This document shows positions 23,624-31,451 of a stretch of DNA of 32,000 nt, piece by piece. Positions within the stretch are counted from its first letter, which is position 1; each line of letters begins with the position of its first letter. This DNA comes from Cereibacter sphaeroides 2.4.1 (GTDB taxonomy: Bacteria; Pseudomonadota; Alphaproteobacteria; Rhodobacterales; Rhodobacteraceae). The stretch lies in NCBI RefSeq assembly GCF_000012905.2, contig NC_007493.2, positions 1,260,001-1,292,000 on the forward strand, given 5' to 3'. Made by a program: the position numbers and the translations under genes. Below the pieces are notes generated by a model that saw nothing but the letters and a program-made list of their open reading frames with translations, did not search any database and was not told the DNA's origin.

Positions 23624-26449
23624 ATGCTCGCCGCCATGACAACCTTCGCCTCGCGCCTCACCCGCCAGCCCTTGCCCTACGAGCCCGACGCCGCGGTCGA
23701 CGTCGCCGCGAGCTTCGCCGATCTGGATCCGGCCCTTGCGGGCCTTCTGGGCGCCACCGCCGGTTGCAGCCCCTACCTGCGCGGCCTCATGGTCCGCGAG
23801 GGAGCCTGGCTGCGCGAGGCGCTGTCGCAGGCCCCCGAAGCCGCGCTCGACGGGATCCTCGACCCGCTGGGAGATCTGCCGCTCGCCGCGCTGGGCGACG
23901 GGCTGCGCATCGCCAAGCGGCGCACGGCGCTTCTGACCGCTCTGGCCGATCTGGGCGGCGTCTGGCCGCTCGAGACGGTGACCTCCGCATTGACGCGGCT
24001 CGCCGACCGGGCGACCGACCTTGCGCTGAAGCGGCTCGTGGCCGACGAGATCCGGCGCGGCAAGCTGCCCGGCGCCACGACCGAGGATGCCGAGACGGCG
24101 GGCGGCATGGTCGCGCTCGCCATGGGCAAGATGGGGGCGGGAGAGCTCAACTATTCCTCCGACATCGACCTCGTCTGCCTCTTCGACGAGACGCGCTATC
24201 CGGGGCAGCAGCAGGAGGCCCGCGCCGCCTTCATCCGCGTGACGCGCAGGATGACCGCCCTTCTGTCCGACCTCACCGCCGAGGGCTACGTCTTCCGCAC
24301 CGACCTGCGGCTGCGCCCCGATGCGGCGGTGACGCCGGTCTGTCTCTCGATGGCCGCGGCCGAGAGCTATTACGAAAGCGTCGGCCGCACCTGGGAACGG
24401 GCGGCCTATATCAAGGCCCGTCCCTGCGGCGGCGATCTGGCCGCGGGCGAGCGGTTCCTGAAGGCGCTGGTGCCCTTCGTCTGGCGCAAGCATCTCGATT
24501 TCGTGGCGATCCAGGATGCGCACGACATGCGGCTGCGCATCCGCGACCACCGCGGCCTGCACGGGCCGGTGGTGATCGAGGGCCATGACATGAAGCTCGG
24601 CGTGGGCGGCATCCGCGAGATCGAGTTCTTCACCCAGACCCGCCAGCTCATCGCCGGCGGACGCGACCCCGGCCTGCGCGACCGCACGACGGTGGGAGGG
24701 CTCCGCGCGCTCTCGGCTGCGGGCTGGATCCCCGCCGACGTGACCGAGGAGCTGATCGACCATTACCGCGCCCACCGCGAGGTCGAGCACCGGCTCCAGA
24801 TGGTGCAGGACGCGCAGACACATACGATGCCGACGAGCGCCGAGGGGGTCGACCGGATCGCGGCCTTCTGCGGCCGCACGCCCGAAGCCTTCCGCACGCT
24901 CCTGCGGGACCGGCTCGAACGGGTGGACCGGCTGACGGAAGGGTTCTTCGCCCCCGGCGCGGCCGAGAAGGGGCCGGAGCTGTCGGCCCGCGCGCGCGAC
25001 ATCGTCGAGGGCTGGGCGAGCTACCCCGCGTTCCGCTCGCAGCGCGCGGTCGAGATCTTCCGGCGGCTGCGCCCGCAGATCCTGAAGAGCCTCGCACGCG
25101 CCGCCAATCCCGACGAGGCGCTGGCCGCTTTCGACGGCTTTCTGGGCGGGCTGCCCGCGGGCGTGCAGATCTTCGCCCTCTTCGATGCGAACCCGCCGCT
25201 CGTCGACCTAATCGCCGACATCTGCGCGACCTCGCCCAAGCTCGCGCGGTATCTCTCGCGCAATGCTTCGGTGCTCGACGCGGTGATCGGGGGCGGCTTC
25301 TTCACCCACTGGCCGGGCACGCCCGCCCTTGTGCGCGAGCTGACCGACCGTCTGGCCGAGCTTCCCGATTACGAGCGCAAGCTCGACGCGGCCCGGCGCT
25401 GGATGAAGGAATGGCACTTCCGCGTGGGCGTGCATCATCTGCGCGGCCTGATCGATGCGTTCGAGGCGGCCAAGGAATATGCCGATCTGGCCGAGGCGGT
25501 GGTCGTGGCGCTCTGGCCGGTGGTCTGCGAGGAGTTCGCGCGGAAGCACGGCCCGCAGCCCGGTCGCGGGGCGGTCGTCCTCGGCATGGGCAGTCTGGGC
25601 GCGGGCCGGCTCAATGCGGGCTCGGACCTCGACCTGATCGTCATCCACGATGCGCAGGGGCAGGAAGAGAGCGAGGGCCCGCGGCCGCTTGGGGCGCGGC
25701 CCTATTTTGCGCGCCTCACCCAGGCGATGGTGACCGCGCTCACCGCCCCCATGGCCGAGGGCCGGCTCTATGAGGTCGACATGCGGCTCCGTCCCTCGGG
25801 GCGGCAGGGGCCGGTGGCCACCGCGCTCGCCTCCTTCCGCAGCTATCAGCGCGAGGAGGCCTGGACCTGGGAGCATCTGGCGCTGACCCGCGCCCGCCCG
25901 CTCGCGGGCAACCCGGACCTCGCCGGTGAAATCGAGGCGCTGCGGCGCGAGATCCTCTCCGAGAAGGCGGTGGCGGCACGCGTGCTGCCGGATGTGGCCG
26001 ACATGCGCCGGAGGCTCGCCGAAGCCAAGCCGCCGGGCGGGCCGTGGGAGGCCAAGAACGGCGCAGGGCGGCTGATGGATGTGGAGCTTCTGGCCGAGAC
26101 GGCGGCGCTGCTCGCAGGCGATCCCGCGCGGCGCGTCGAGCAGCAACTGCGCGCGGGTGTCCGGAGCGGTTTTCTGACGGCGGCCTGCGAGGCGGATCTG
26201 CTGGCGGCCTACCGGCTCTGCTGGCGGCTGCAGGCGGGCTCGCGGCTTCTTTCCGAGGGGACGCTCGATTTCGAGAACCTGGGCGAGGGGGGGCGTGCGT
26301 TCCTCCTGCGCGAGGTGGAGGCGCCCGATGCCGAGGCGCTGCTCGCGCGGCTGCAGGAGCGCGTGACGGCGGCAGCGGCGCGCATCGATGCGCGGCTGGG
26401 GCCGGAGACGGGAACTGAAGAAGGAGAGGGCGACCGTGCAGCTGGATGA
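23624..26449 (+). CDS. glnE: Bifunctional glutamine synthetase adenylyltransferase/adenylyl-removing enzyme
   Basis: There are two nucleotidyltransferase domains (GKMGAGELNYSSDIDLV and GMGSLGAGRLNAGSDLDLIV). The start is ATG 23624 (MLAAMTTF...) or ATG 23636 (MTTFASRL...), and neither has a strong SD. The track start at 22895 is an upstream extension. Confidence 0.92.
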   Translation: MLAAMTTFASRLTRQPLPYEPDAAVDVAASFADLDPALAGLLGATAGCSPYLRGLMVREGAWLREALSQAPEAALDGILDPLGDLPLAALGDGLRIAKRRTALLTALADLGGVWPLETVTSALTRLADRATDLALKRLVADEIRRGKLPGATTEDAETAGGMVALAMGKMGAGELNYSSDIDLVCLFDETRYPGQQQEARAAFIRVTRRMTALLSDLTAEGYVFRTDLRLRPDAAVTPVCLSMAAAESYYESVGRTWERAAYIKARPCGGDLAAGERFLKALVPFVWRKHLDFVAIQDAHDMRLRIRDHRGLHGPVVIEGHDMKLGVGGIREIEFFTQTRQLIAGGRDPGLRDRTTVGGLRALSAAGWIPADVTEELIDHYRAHREVEHRLQMVQDAQTHTMPTSAEGVDRIAAFCGRTPEAFRTLLRDRLERVDRLTEGFFAPGAAEKGPELSARARDIVEGWASYPAFRSQRAVEIFRRLRPQILKSLARAANPDEALAAFDGFLGGLPAGVQIFALFDANPPLVDLIADICATSPKLARYLSRNASVLDAVIGGGFFTHWPGTPALVRELTDRLAELPDYERKLDAARRWMKEWHFRVGVHHLRGLIDAFEAAKEYADLAEAVVVALWPVVCEEFARKHGPQPGRGAVVLGMGSLGAGRLNAGSDLDLIVIHDAQGQEESEGPRPLGARPYFARLTQAMVTALTAPMAEGRLYEVDMRLRPSGRQGPVATALASFRSYQREEAWTWEHLALTRARPLAGNPDLAGEIEALRREILSEKAVAARVLPDVADMRRRLAEAKPPGGPWEAKNGAGRLMDVELLAETAALLAGDPARRVEQQLRAGVRSGFLTAACEADLLAAYRLCWRLQAGSRLLSEGTLDFENLGEGGRAFLLREVEAPDAEALLARLQERVTAAAARIDARLGPETGTEEGEGDRAAG

Positions 26450-26705
26450 AGCGGATCCGAAGGGCCTCGTGCGCGAGAGCTATGCGATCGAGGGGATCAG
26501 CGCGGGCGAGTGCCGCTCGATCTTCGTCGACTGGGCGCTGAGCCTGCCCTCGGACCGGGTGGCCGAGGCGCTGCGGACGCTGCTCGAGGCCTATGCCGCG
26601 GCCAGGCCGGAGCATCCGATGAGCGAGGTGCTGGCCGGCGGCCTCGCGGCGGCGCCCAGCCCCCGCCGCCGCGGCGGCCGCGCCGCTCGGGTGACGGAAG
26701 CCTGA
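26436..26705 (+). CDS. Hypothetical 89-aa protein translationally coupled to glnE
   Basis: GTG 26436 is preceded by GAAGGAGAGGG at 5-nt spacing and overlaps the glnE 3' end by 14 nt. GC3 is very high. I recognise no motif. Confidence 0.6.
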   Translation: MQLDEADPKGLVRESYAIEGISAGECRSIFVDWALSLPSDRVAEALRTLLEAYAAARPEHPMSEVLAGGLAAAPSPRRRGGRAARVTEA

Positions 26706-26856
26706 GGCTGCCGCGGCTGGCAGACCGAACGTGCCGAAACGGCTCCGGGCCGCCTAGCGCCCAAGCCAGAGCAGGCGCGCCGGCGCCGCGTCCGTCGCAC
26801 CGGATGTTGCCCCGGATGTTGCCCCGGTACATCGCAGGATCGGCTGCGCTGAAGCG

Positions 26857-26892
26857 TGCCGGTCGACCGGCAGGCGCGCAGAAGAGCGCGCC
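26857..26892. terminator. Two adjacent GC-rich palindromes between convergent genes (possible bidirectional terminator)
   Basis: TGCCGGTCGACCGGCA (26857-26872) is a perfect 16-bp palindrome. It is followed by GGCGCGC-agaaga-GCGCGCC (26873-26892). There is no clear U-run. Confidence 0.35.
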
Positions 26893-26911
26893 GTGCCGCC
26901 GCGCTCCTCCT

Positions 26912-27550
26912 TCAGCGCAGGGCGGCCGCTTCCTGAGCCAGCCGCGTGATGCCCGCCCAGTCGCCCGCCTCCATCATGGCTTTCGGCGCAACCCAGCTGC
27001 CGCCGACGCAGACGACATTGGCAAGCCCGAGATAGGTCGCCGCATTGCCGAGCCCGATGCCGCCCGTGGGGCAGAAAGTCACCTGGGGCAGCGGCCCGCC
27101 CAGCGCCTTCACGGCCGGGGCGCCGCCCGAGGTCTCGGCAGGGAAGAACTTCTGCATCGTGTAGCCCCGCTCGAGAAGCGCCATCACCTCGGTCGCGGTG
27201 GCCGCGCCGGGCAGGAGCGGCAGGCCCTCGGCTTCGCAGGCATCGAGCAGACGGTCCGAGGCGCCCGGCGAGACGCCGAAGCGCGCGCCCGCGGCCCGGG
27301 CCGCCGCCACATCGGCGGGCGTGAGCAGCGTGCCCGCGCCGACGATCCCGCCTTCGACCTCCGCCATGATGCGGATCGCGTCGAGCGCCACGGGCGTGCG
27401 CAGCGTCACCTCGAGCGCGGGCAGGCCGCCCGCCACCAGCGCCTCGGCCAGCGGCCGGGCATGAGCGAGATCCTCGATCACCAGCACGGGCACCACCGCA
27501 GCGCGGCGGCAGATCTCGAGGGCTTGGCGGCTTTGGTCGGCAGGGGTCAT
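26912..27550 (-). CDS. eda: 2-keto-3-deoxy-6-phosphogluconate (KDPG) aldolase
   Basis: Starts MTPADQSRQALEI (ATG 27550, AAAGGAAG upstream). It contains VVPVLVIED, LEVTLRTP, the Schiff-base Lys context MQKFFPAE and FCPTGGI. Confidence 0.93.
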   Translation of the reverse strand: MTPADQSRQALEICRRAAVVPVLVIEDLAHARPLAEALVAGGLPALEVTLRTPVALDAIRIMAEVEGGIVGAGTLLTPADVAAARAAGARFGVSPGASDRLLDACEAEGLPLLPGAATATEVMALLERGYTMQKFFPAETSGGAPAVKALGGPLPQVTFCPTGGIGLGNAATYLGLANVVCVGGSWVAPKAMMEAGDWAGITRLAQEAAALR

Positions 27551-27588
27551 GTCACTTCCTTTCGGCGGAGGCTCTGGGAGCAGGCGGA

Positions 27589-27787
27589 GGAGCCTCCGGC
27601 GGGGATATTTGAGCCAGAATGAAAGGGCAAGGAGAGGGGGAGAGGGGCGCCCCGCCTCGGGCGGCATGGAGCCGGGGAAGCGGGGCGCTTTCACTCTGGG
27701 CGGTCATCGGCGTCCCCGCCTGTACCGCTCCGCCAGATTGATCCCATCTGCTTTCATTCTGGTTAAAATATCCCCGCCGGAGGCTCC
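27589..27787. mobile_element. MITE-like element or long structured spacer: 37-bp terminal inverted repeats flanking 125 bp, no coding capacity
   Basis: The left arm GGAGCCTCCGGCGGGGATATTTGAGCCAGAATGAAAG (27589-27625) matches the reverse complement of the right arm (27751-27787) at 35 of 37 positions. It lies wholly inside the edd-eda spacer. Confidence 0.55.
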
Positions 27788-27810
27788 GACAGAGGATCGG
27801 GGCGCAGGGG

Positions 27811-29617
27811 TCAGACGACCACGGCCGCGCCTTCGGTTGCGGAACTCACGGTGGCTCGGAAGGCCGCGAAGAGGTCGCGGCCGATGCCGTGGGCGGAGGC
27901 GGAGAGGTCGGCCTCGACCGGGATCCGGTCCTCGAAACCCTCGGCCAGGACATCGAGCCGGCCCGTCGTCGCATCCACCCGCAGGAGATCGCCGTCCCGT
28001 AGCCGGGCAAGCGGGCCGCCCATCGCCGCCTCGGGTGCGACATGGATCGCCGAGGGCACCTTGCCCGAGGCCCCCGACATGCGCCCATCGGTGACCAGCG
28101 CCACGCGCAGGCCGCGATCCTGCAGCACCGAGAGCACCGGCGTCAGCGAATGCAGCTCGGGCATCCCGTTGGCGCGCGGGCCCTGAAAGCGCACCACCAC
28201 CACCGTGTCCGTGGTGAACTCTCCCGCCCGGAAGGCGGCCTTGACCGCCTCCTGATCGTGGAAGATCCGGGCCCGTGCCTCGATCACATGGCGGTCGGGC
28301 GCCACGGCCGAGACCTTCATCACGCCGCGCCCGAGGTTGCCCGACAGCTGGCGCAGCCCGCCCGAGGGCTGGAACGGCTCGGTCGCCGGGCGCAGGATAC
28401 GGTCGTTCTGCGAGGCGTCCGGCCCGTCGCGCCAGACGAGGCCGTCCTCGGTCAGCACGGGCTCGCGGCGGTAGAGGCTCAGACCGTCGCCCGCGACCGT
28501 CTGCACCTCTTCGTGCAGGAGGCCCGCATCGAGGAGCTGGCCGATCATGTAGGGCAGACCGCCCGCCGCATGGAAGTGGTTCACGTCCGCCATGCCGTTC
28601 GGATAGACCTTGGCCATCAGCGGCACGACCTCGGAAATGTCGGCGAAATCCTCCAGATCGAGCAGCACGCCCGCGGCCCGCGCCATGGCGGGCAGGTGCA
28701 GCACGAGGTTGGTCGACCCCCCCCGTCGCCATCAGCCCCACGAGCCCGTTCACGAAGGCGCGTTCGTCGAGGATCTGCCCCACCGGGCGATAATCGTTGC
28801 CGAGCGCGGTGATGGCCGCGGCGCGCTCGACCGCGGCCACCGTCAGCGCCTCGCGCAGGGGGGTGTTCGGGTTGACGAAACTCGCCCCCGGCAGGTGGAG
28901 CCCCATGAATTCCATCAGCATCTGGTTGGTGTTGGCCGTGCCGTAGAAGGTGCAGGTGCCGGGGCCGTGGTAGGAGGCCATCTCGGCCGCCATCAGCGCC
29001 TCGCGGCCCACCTCGCCGGTTGCGAACTGGTTGCGCACGCGCGACTTCTCGTCGTTGGGCAGGCCCGAGGTCATGGGGCCGCCCGGCACGAAGACCGCCG
29101 GCACATGGCCGAAGGTCGCCGCCGCCATCACGAGGCCCGGAACGATCTTGTCGCAGATCCCGAGAAAGAGCGCCGCATCGTAGCAGTTGTGCGAGAGCGA
29201 CACGCCCGCCGCCAGCGCGATCACGTCGCGCGAGAAGAGCGACAGCTCCATCCCCGGCTGGCCCTGCGTGACCCCGTCGCACATGGCCGGCACCCCGCCC
29301 GCCACCTGTGCCGTGGCGCCCGCCCGGCGCGCGGCGGCCCGGATCAGCCTGGGATAATCCTCGTAGGGCTGATGGGCCGACAGCATGTCGTTGTAGGCGG
29401 TCACGATCCCGAGGTTCGGCGCCCGCCCCGCGGCCAGCGCCTCCTTGTCCTCGCCCATCGCCGCATAGGCATGGGCCTGGTTGCCGCAGGTCAGATGCGC
29501 GCGGACCGGACCCGCCTCGGCCGCGCGTCCCGTGCGCTCGAGATAGGCGCCGCGGCTCGCTTCCGAGCGGGCGCGGATACGGTCGGTGACGCGGGCGACA
29601 GTGGCGTTCAGGGTCAT
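27811..29617 (-). pseudogene. edd: Phosphogluconate dehydratase (Entner-Doudoroff) interrupted by a +1 frameshift in a C8/G8 homopolymer
   Basis: The N-terminal 300 aa ([15 protein letters not shown]...[14 protein letters not shown]...LVGLMATGG) is in one frame. The C-terminal part ([16 protein letters not shown]...[11 protein letters not shown]...) is in another. The junction is the run of 8 C at 28717-28724. Removing one C restores [14 protein letters not shown]. The span is 1807 nt, which is 3n+1. Confidence 0.9.
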
Positions 29618-29693
29618 GCGGCGGCCTCGATGGCTGGAGAGGACGGCGCGGCATGAACCGCGGCCGGCCTGGACGGCTTTCCGGGATCGGGTT

Positions 29694-29707
29694 TGTTAGC
29701 GCTAACT
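29694..29707. promoter_or_regulatory. LacI-family-like operator palindrome TGTTAGCGCTAACT upstream of edd
   Basis: GTTAGCGCTAAC (29695-29706) is a perfect 12-bp palindrome with a central CG, centred about 83 nt upstream of the edd ATG. It lies in the divergent region shared with the small ORF at 29905. Confidence 0.4.
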
Positions 29708-29904
29708 AGCGCAAAGCGGGCGCAAGGGAAAGGGCCGCCTTCACGGTTCGGCGCAGGAATGGGCAGCCGCCGGGTGAATAGGTCAGCACAGCTGTCCCGA
29801 TCTGCGTCTGGCGCATGGCGGATCTTCTCAATGGGAGGATGTGCTTGGCGCAGCAAGGGGCTAGGTGTTGCCGCAGGGGAGGGCTGGACCGAAGGAGTGG
29901 CTCC

Positions 29905-30078
29905 ATGACCCGGACGAATGGACAAGACATGCAAGACTATGTGATCGACCATATGGCGATCGAAGCCGAAGCCCGCCGCCTGCGCAACGAAGCGATCCGC
30001 GAGGGCTTTGCCGCCCTGCGCACGATCCTCGCCCGTCGCTTCGCAGGCTTCGGACGCGGCACGGCGCGCGCCCACTGA
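29905..30078 (+). CDS. Hypothetical 57-aa soluble small protein (MTRTNGQDMQDYVIDHMAIEAEARRLRNEAIREGFAALRTILARRFAGFGRGTARAH)
   Basis: GAAGGAG lies 7 nt upstream of ATG 29905. About 77 percent of codons end in G/C. A strong terminator follows. The track start at 29815 has no SD. Confidence 0.55.
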   Translation: MTRTNGQDMQDYVIDHMAIEAEARRLRNEAIREGFAALRTILARRFAGFGRGTARAH

Positions 30079-30144
30079 GGCAGGCCCTTCGGGGCATGAG
30101 CGCACGAGGATAGTCGGCTGAGGCAGTCATTGTCGCAGCATGGA

Positions 30145-30177
30145 AAGGGCTCCGCCGCGTCGGAGCCCTTTTTCTTT
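30145..30177 (+). terminator. Rho-independent terminator
   Basis: Stem GGGCTCCG (30147-30154) pairs with CGGAGCCC (30161-30168), extended by AA/TT, with a 6-nt loop. It is followed by TTTTTCTTT (30169-30177). Confidence 0.7.
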
Positions 30178-30260
30178 GGGGCCACCTTCGGGACCCGAGC
30201 CTTTTCCCGGCGCGCAGAAGCGGCTAGAGGAGGGGCCGACCCCAACAGCGGAAGCTCCCG

Positions 30261-31451
30261 ATGACCAGACCCACCGTCCGCCTGCGTCCCAAGGCCGAGG
30301 CCCGCGCCCTTCGGCACGGCTTTCCCTGGGTCTATGCCGACGAACTCGTGACCGACCGGCGCACGCAGGCACTCGCGCCCGGCACGCTCGCCGTGCTCGA
30401 GGATGCCGAGCGGCGCGCACTGGGCCTCGTGACCGTCAATGTGAGCTCGAAGATCATCGCGCGGATGCTCGACCGCGATCCCGAGGCCGTCATCGACGAA
30501 GGCTGGTTCGCCGAACGGCTGACGCGGGCGTTGGCGCTCCGCGAGCGGCTGTTCGACCAGCCCTTCTACCGGCTGGTCCATGCCGAGGCCGACGGGCTGC
30601 CCGGCGTCGTGATCGACCGGTTCGGAGAGGCGGCGGTGATTCAGCCCAATGCCGCCTGGGCCGAGACGCATCTGTCCGAACTGGAGGCCGCGCTCGTGCG
30701 GGTGACCGGTGTGACGACGGTGGTCAAGAACGGCACCGGCCGGGCGCGGGGCCTGGAGGGGCTGGCCGAGGAGACGGTGGTGCTGCGCGGCGGCCTCAGT
30801 GCGCCGGTGCCGGTTCCGATGAACGGCGCGACCTACATGGCGGATCTCACCGGCGGGCAGAAGACGGGGCTCTTCTACGACCAGCGGCCGAACCATGCCT
30901 TCGCCGCGCGCCTCGGCCGCGGCGGCTCGGTGCTCGATGTCTTCACCCATGTCGGGGGCTTCGCTCTCGCGGCCCTCGCAGGCGGCGCCGAGCGGGCGCT
31001 CGCGGTCGATGCCTCGGGCCCGGCGCTGGCGCTGGCCGAGGCGGGGGCGAAGCTCGCGGGTCTCGGCGATCGGTTCGAGACCCGGCAGGCCGATGCCTTC
31101 CAGGCGCTCGAGGCGCTGGGAGCCGAGGGGGCCCGCTTCGATCTCGTGATCTGCGACCCTCCCGCCTTCGCCCCCGCGAAGCCCGCGCTCGAAGCGGGGC
31201 TGCGGGCCTACGAACGGCTCGCGCGGCTGGCGGCGCCGCTGGTGGCGCCGGGCGGGTATCTCGTCCTCTGCTCCTGCTCGCATGCGGCCGATCTCTCCGC
31301 CTTCCGCAATGCCTCGGCGCGCGGCATCGGGCGGGGCGGGCGGCGCGGCCAGCTGATCCACACGGGCTTTGCCGGGCCGGACCATCCGATCCTGCCGCAG
31401 CTGGCGGAATCCGGCTATCTCAAGTCGCTCTTCTTCCGGCTCGACGGGTGA
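30261..31451 (+). CDS. rlmI: Class I SAM-dependent rRNA (cytosine-C5) methyltransferase, RlmI-like
   Basis: 396-aa ORF with an N-terminal PUA-like region (RHGFPWVYADEL), the SAM fold VLDVFTHVGGFAL and the catalytic motifs ICDPPAF and SCS. Confidence 0.88.
   Translation: MTRPTVRLRPKAEARALRHGFPWVYADELVTDRRTQALAPGTLAVLEDAERRALGLVTVNVSSKIIARMLDRDPEAVIDEGWFAERLTRALALRERLFDQPFYRLVHAEADGLPGVVIDRFGEAAVIQPNAAWAETHLSELEAALVRVTGVTTVVKNGTGRARGLEGLAEETVVLRGGLSAPVPVPMNGATYMADLTGGQKTGLFYDQRPNHAFAARLGRGGSVLDVFTHVGGFALAALAGGAERALAVDASGPALALAEAGAKLAGLGDRFETRQADAFQALEALGAEGARFDLVICDPPAFAPAKPALEAGLRAYERLARLAAPLVAPGGYLVLCSCSHAADLSAFRNASARGIGRGGRRGQLIHTGFAGPDHPILPQLAESGYLKSLFFRLDG

Noticed and set aside
27652-27665. 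A 14-mer CCGCCTCGGGCGGC shared between the edd-eda element core and the ilvI 5' UTR (18732-18745).
   Set aside because: It is a short GC-only hairpin motif. By my rough estimate, matches of this length are expected by chance in a window of this size and base composition. It is not treated as part of the interspersed repeat.
29614-30105. A 163-aa minus-strand ORF upstream of edd that could have been a missing ED-pathway gene.
   Set aside because: It has no SD and no recognisable domain, it overlaps the better-supported plus-strand 57-aa ORF and the operator region, and its composition is shadow-like.
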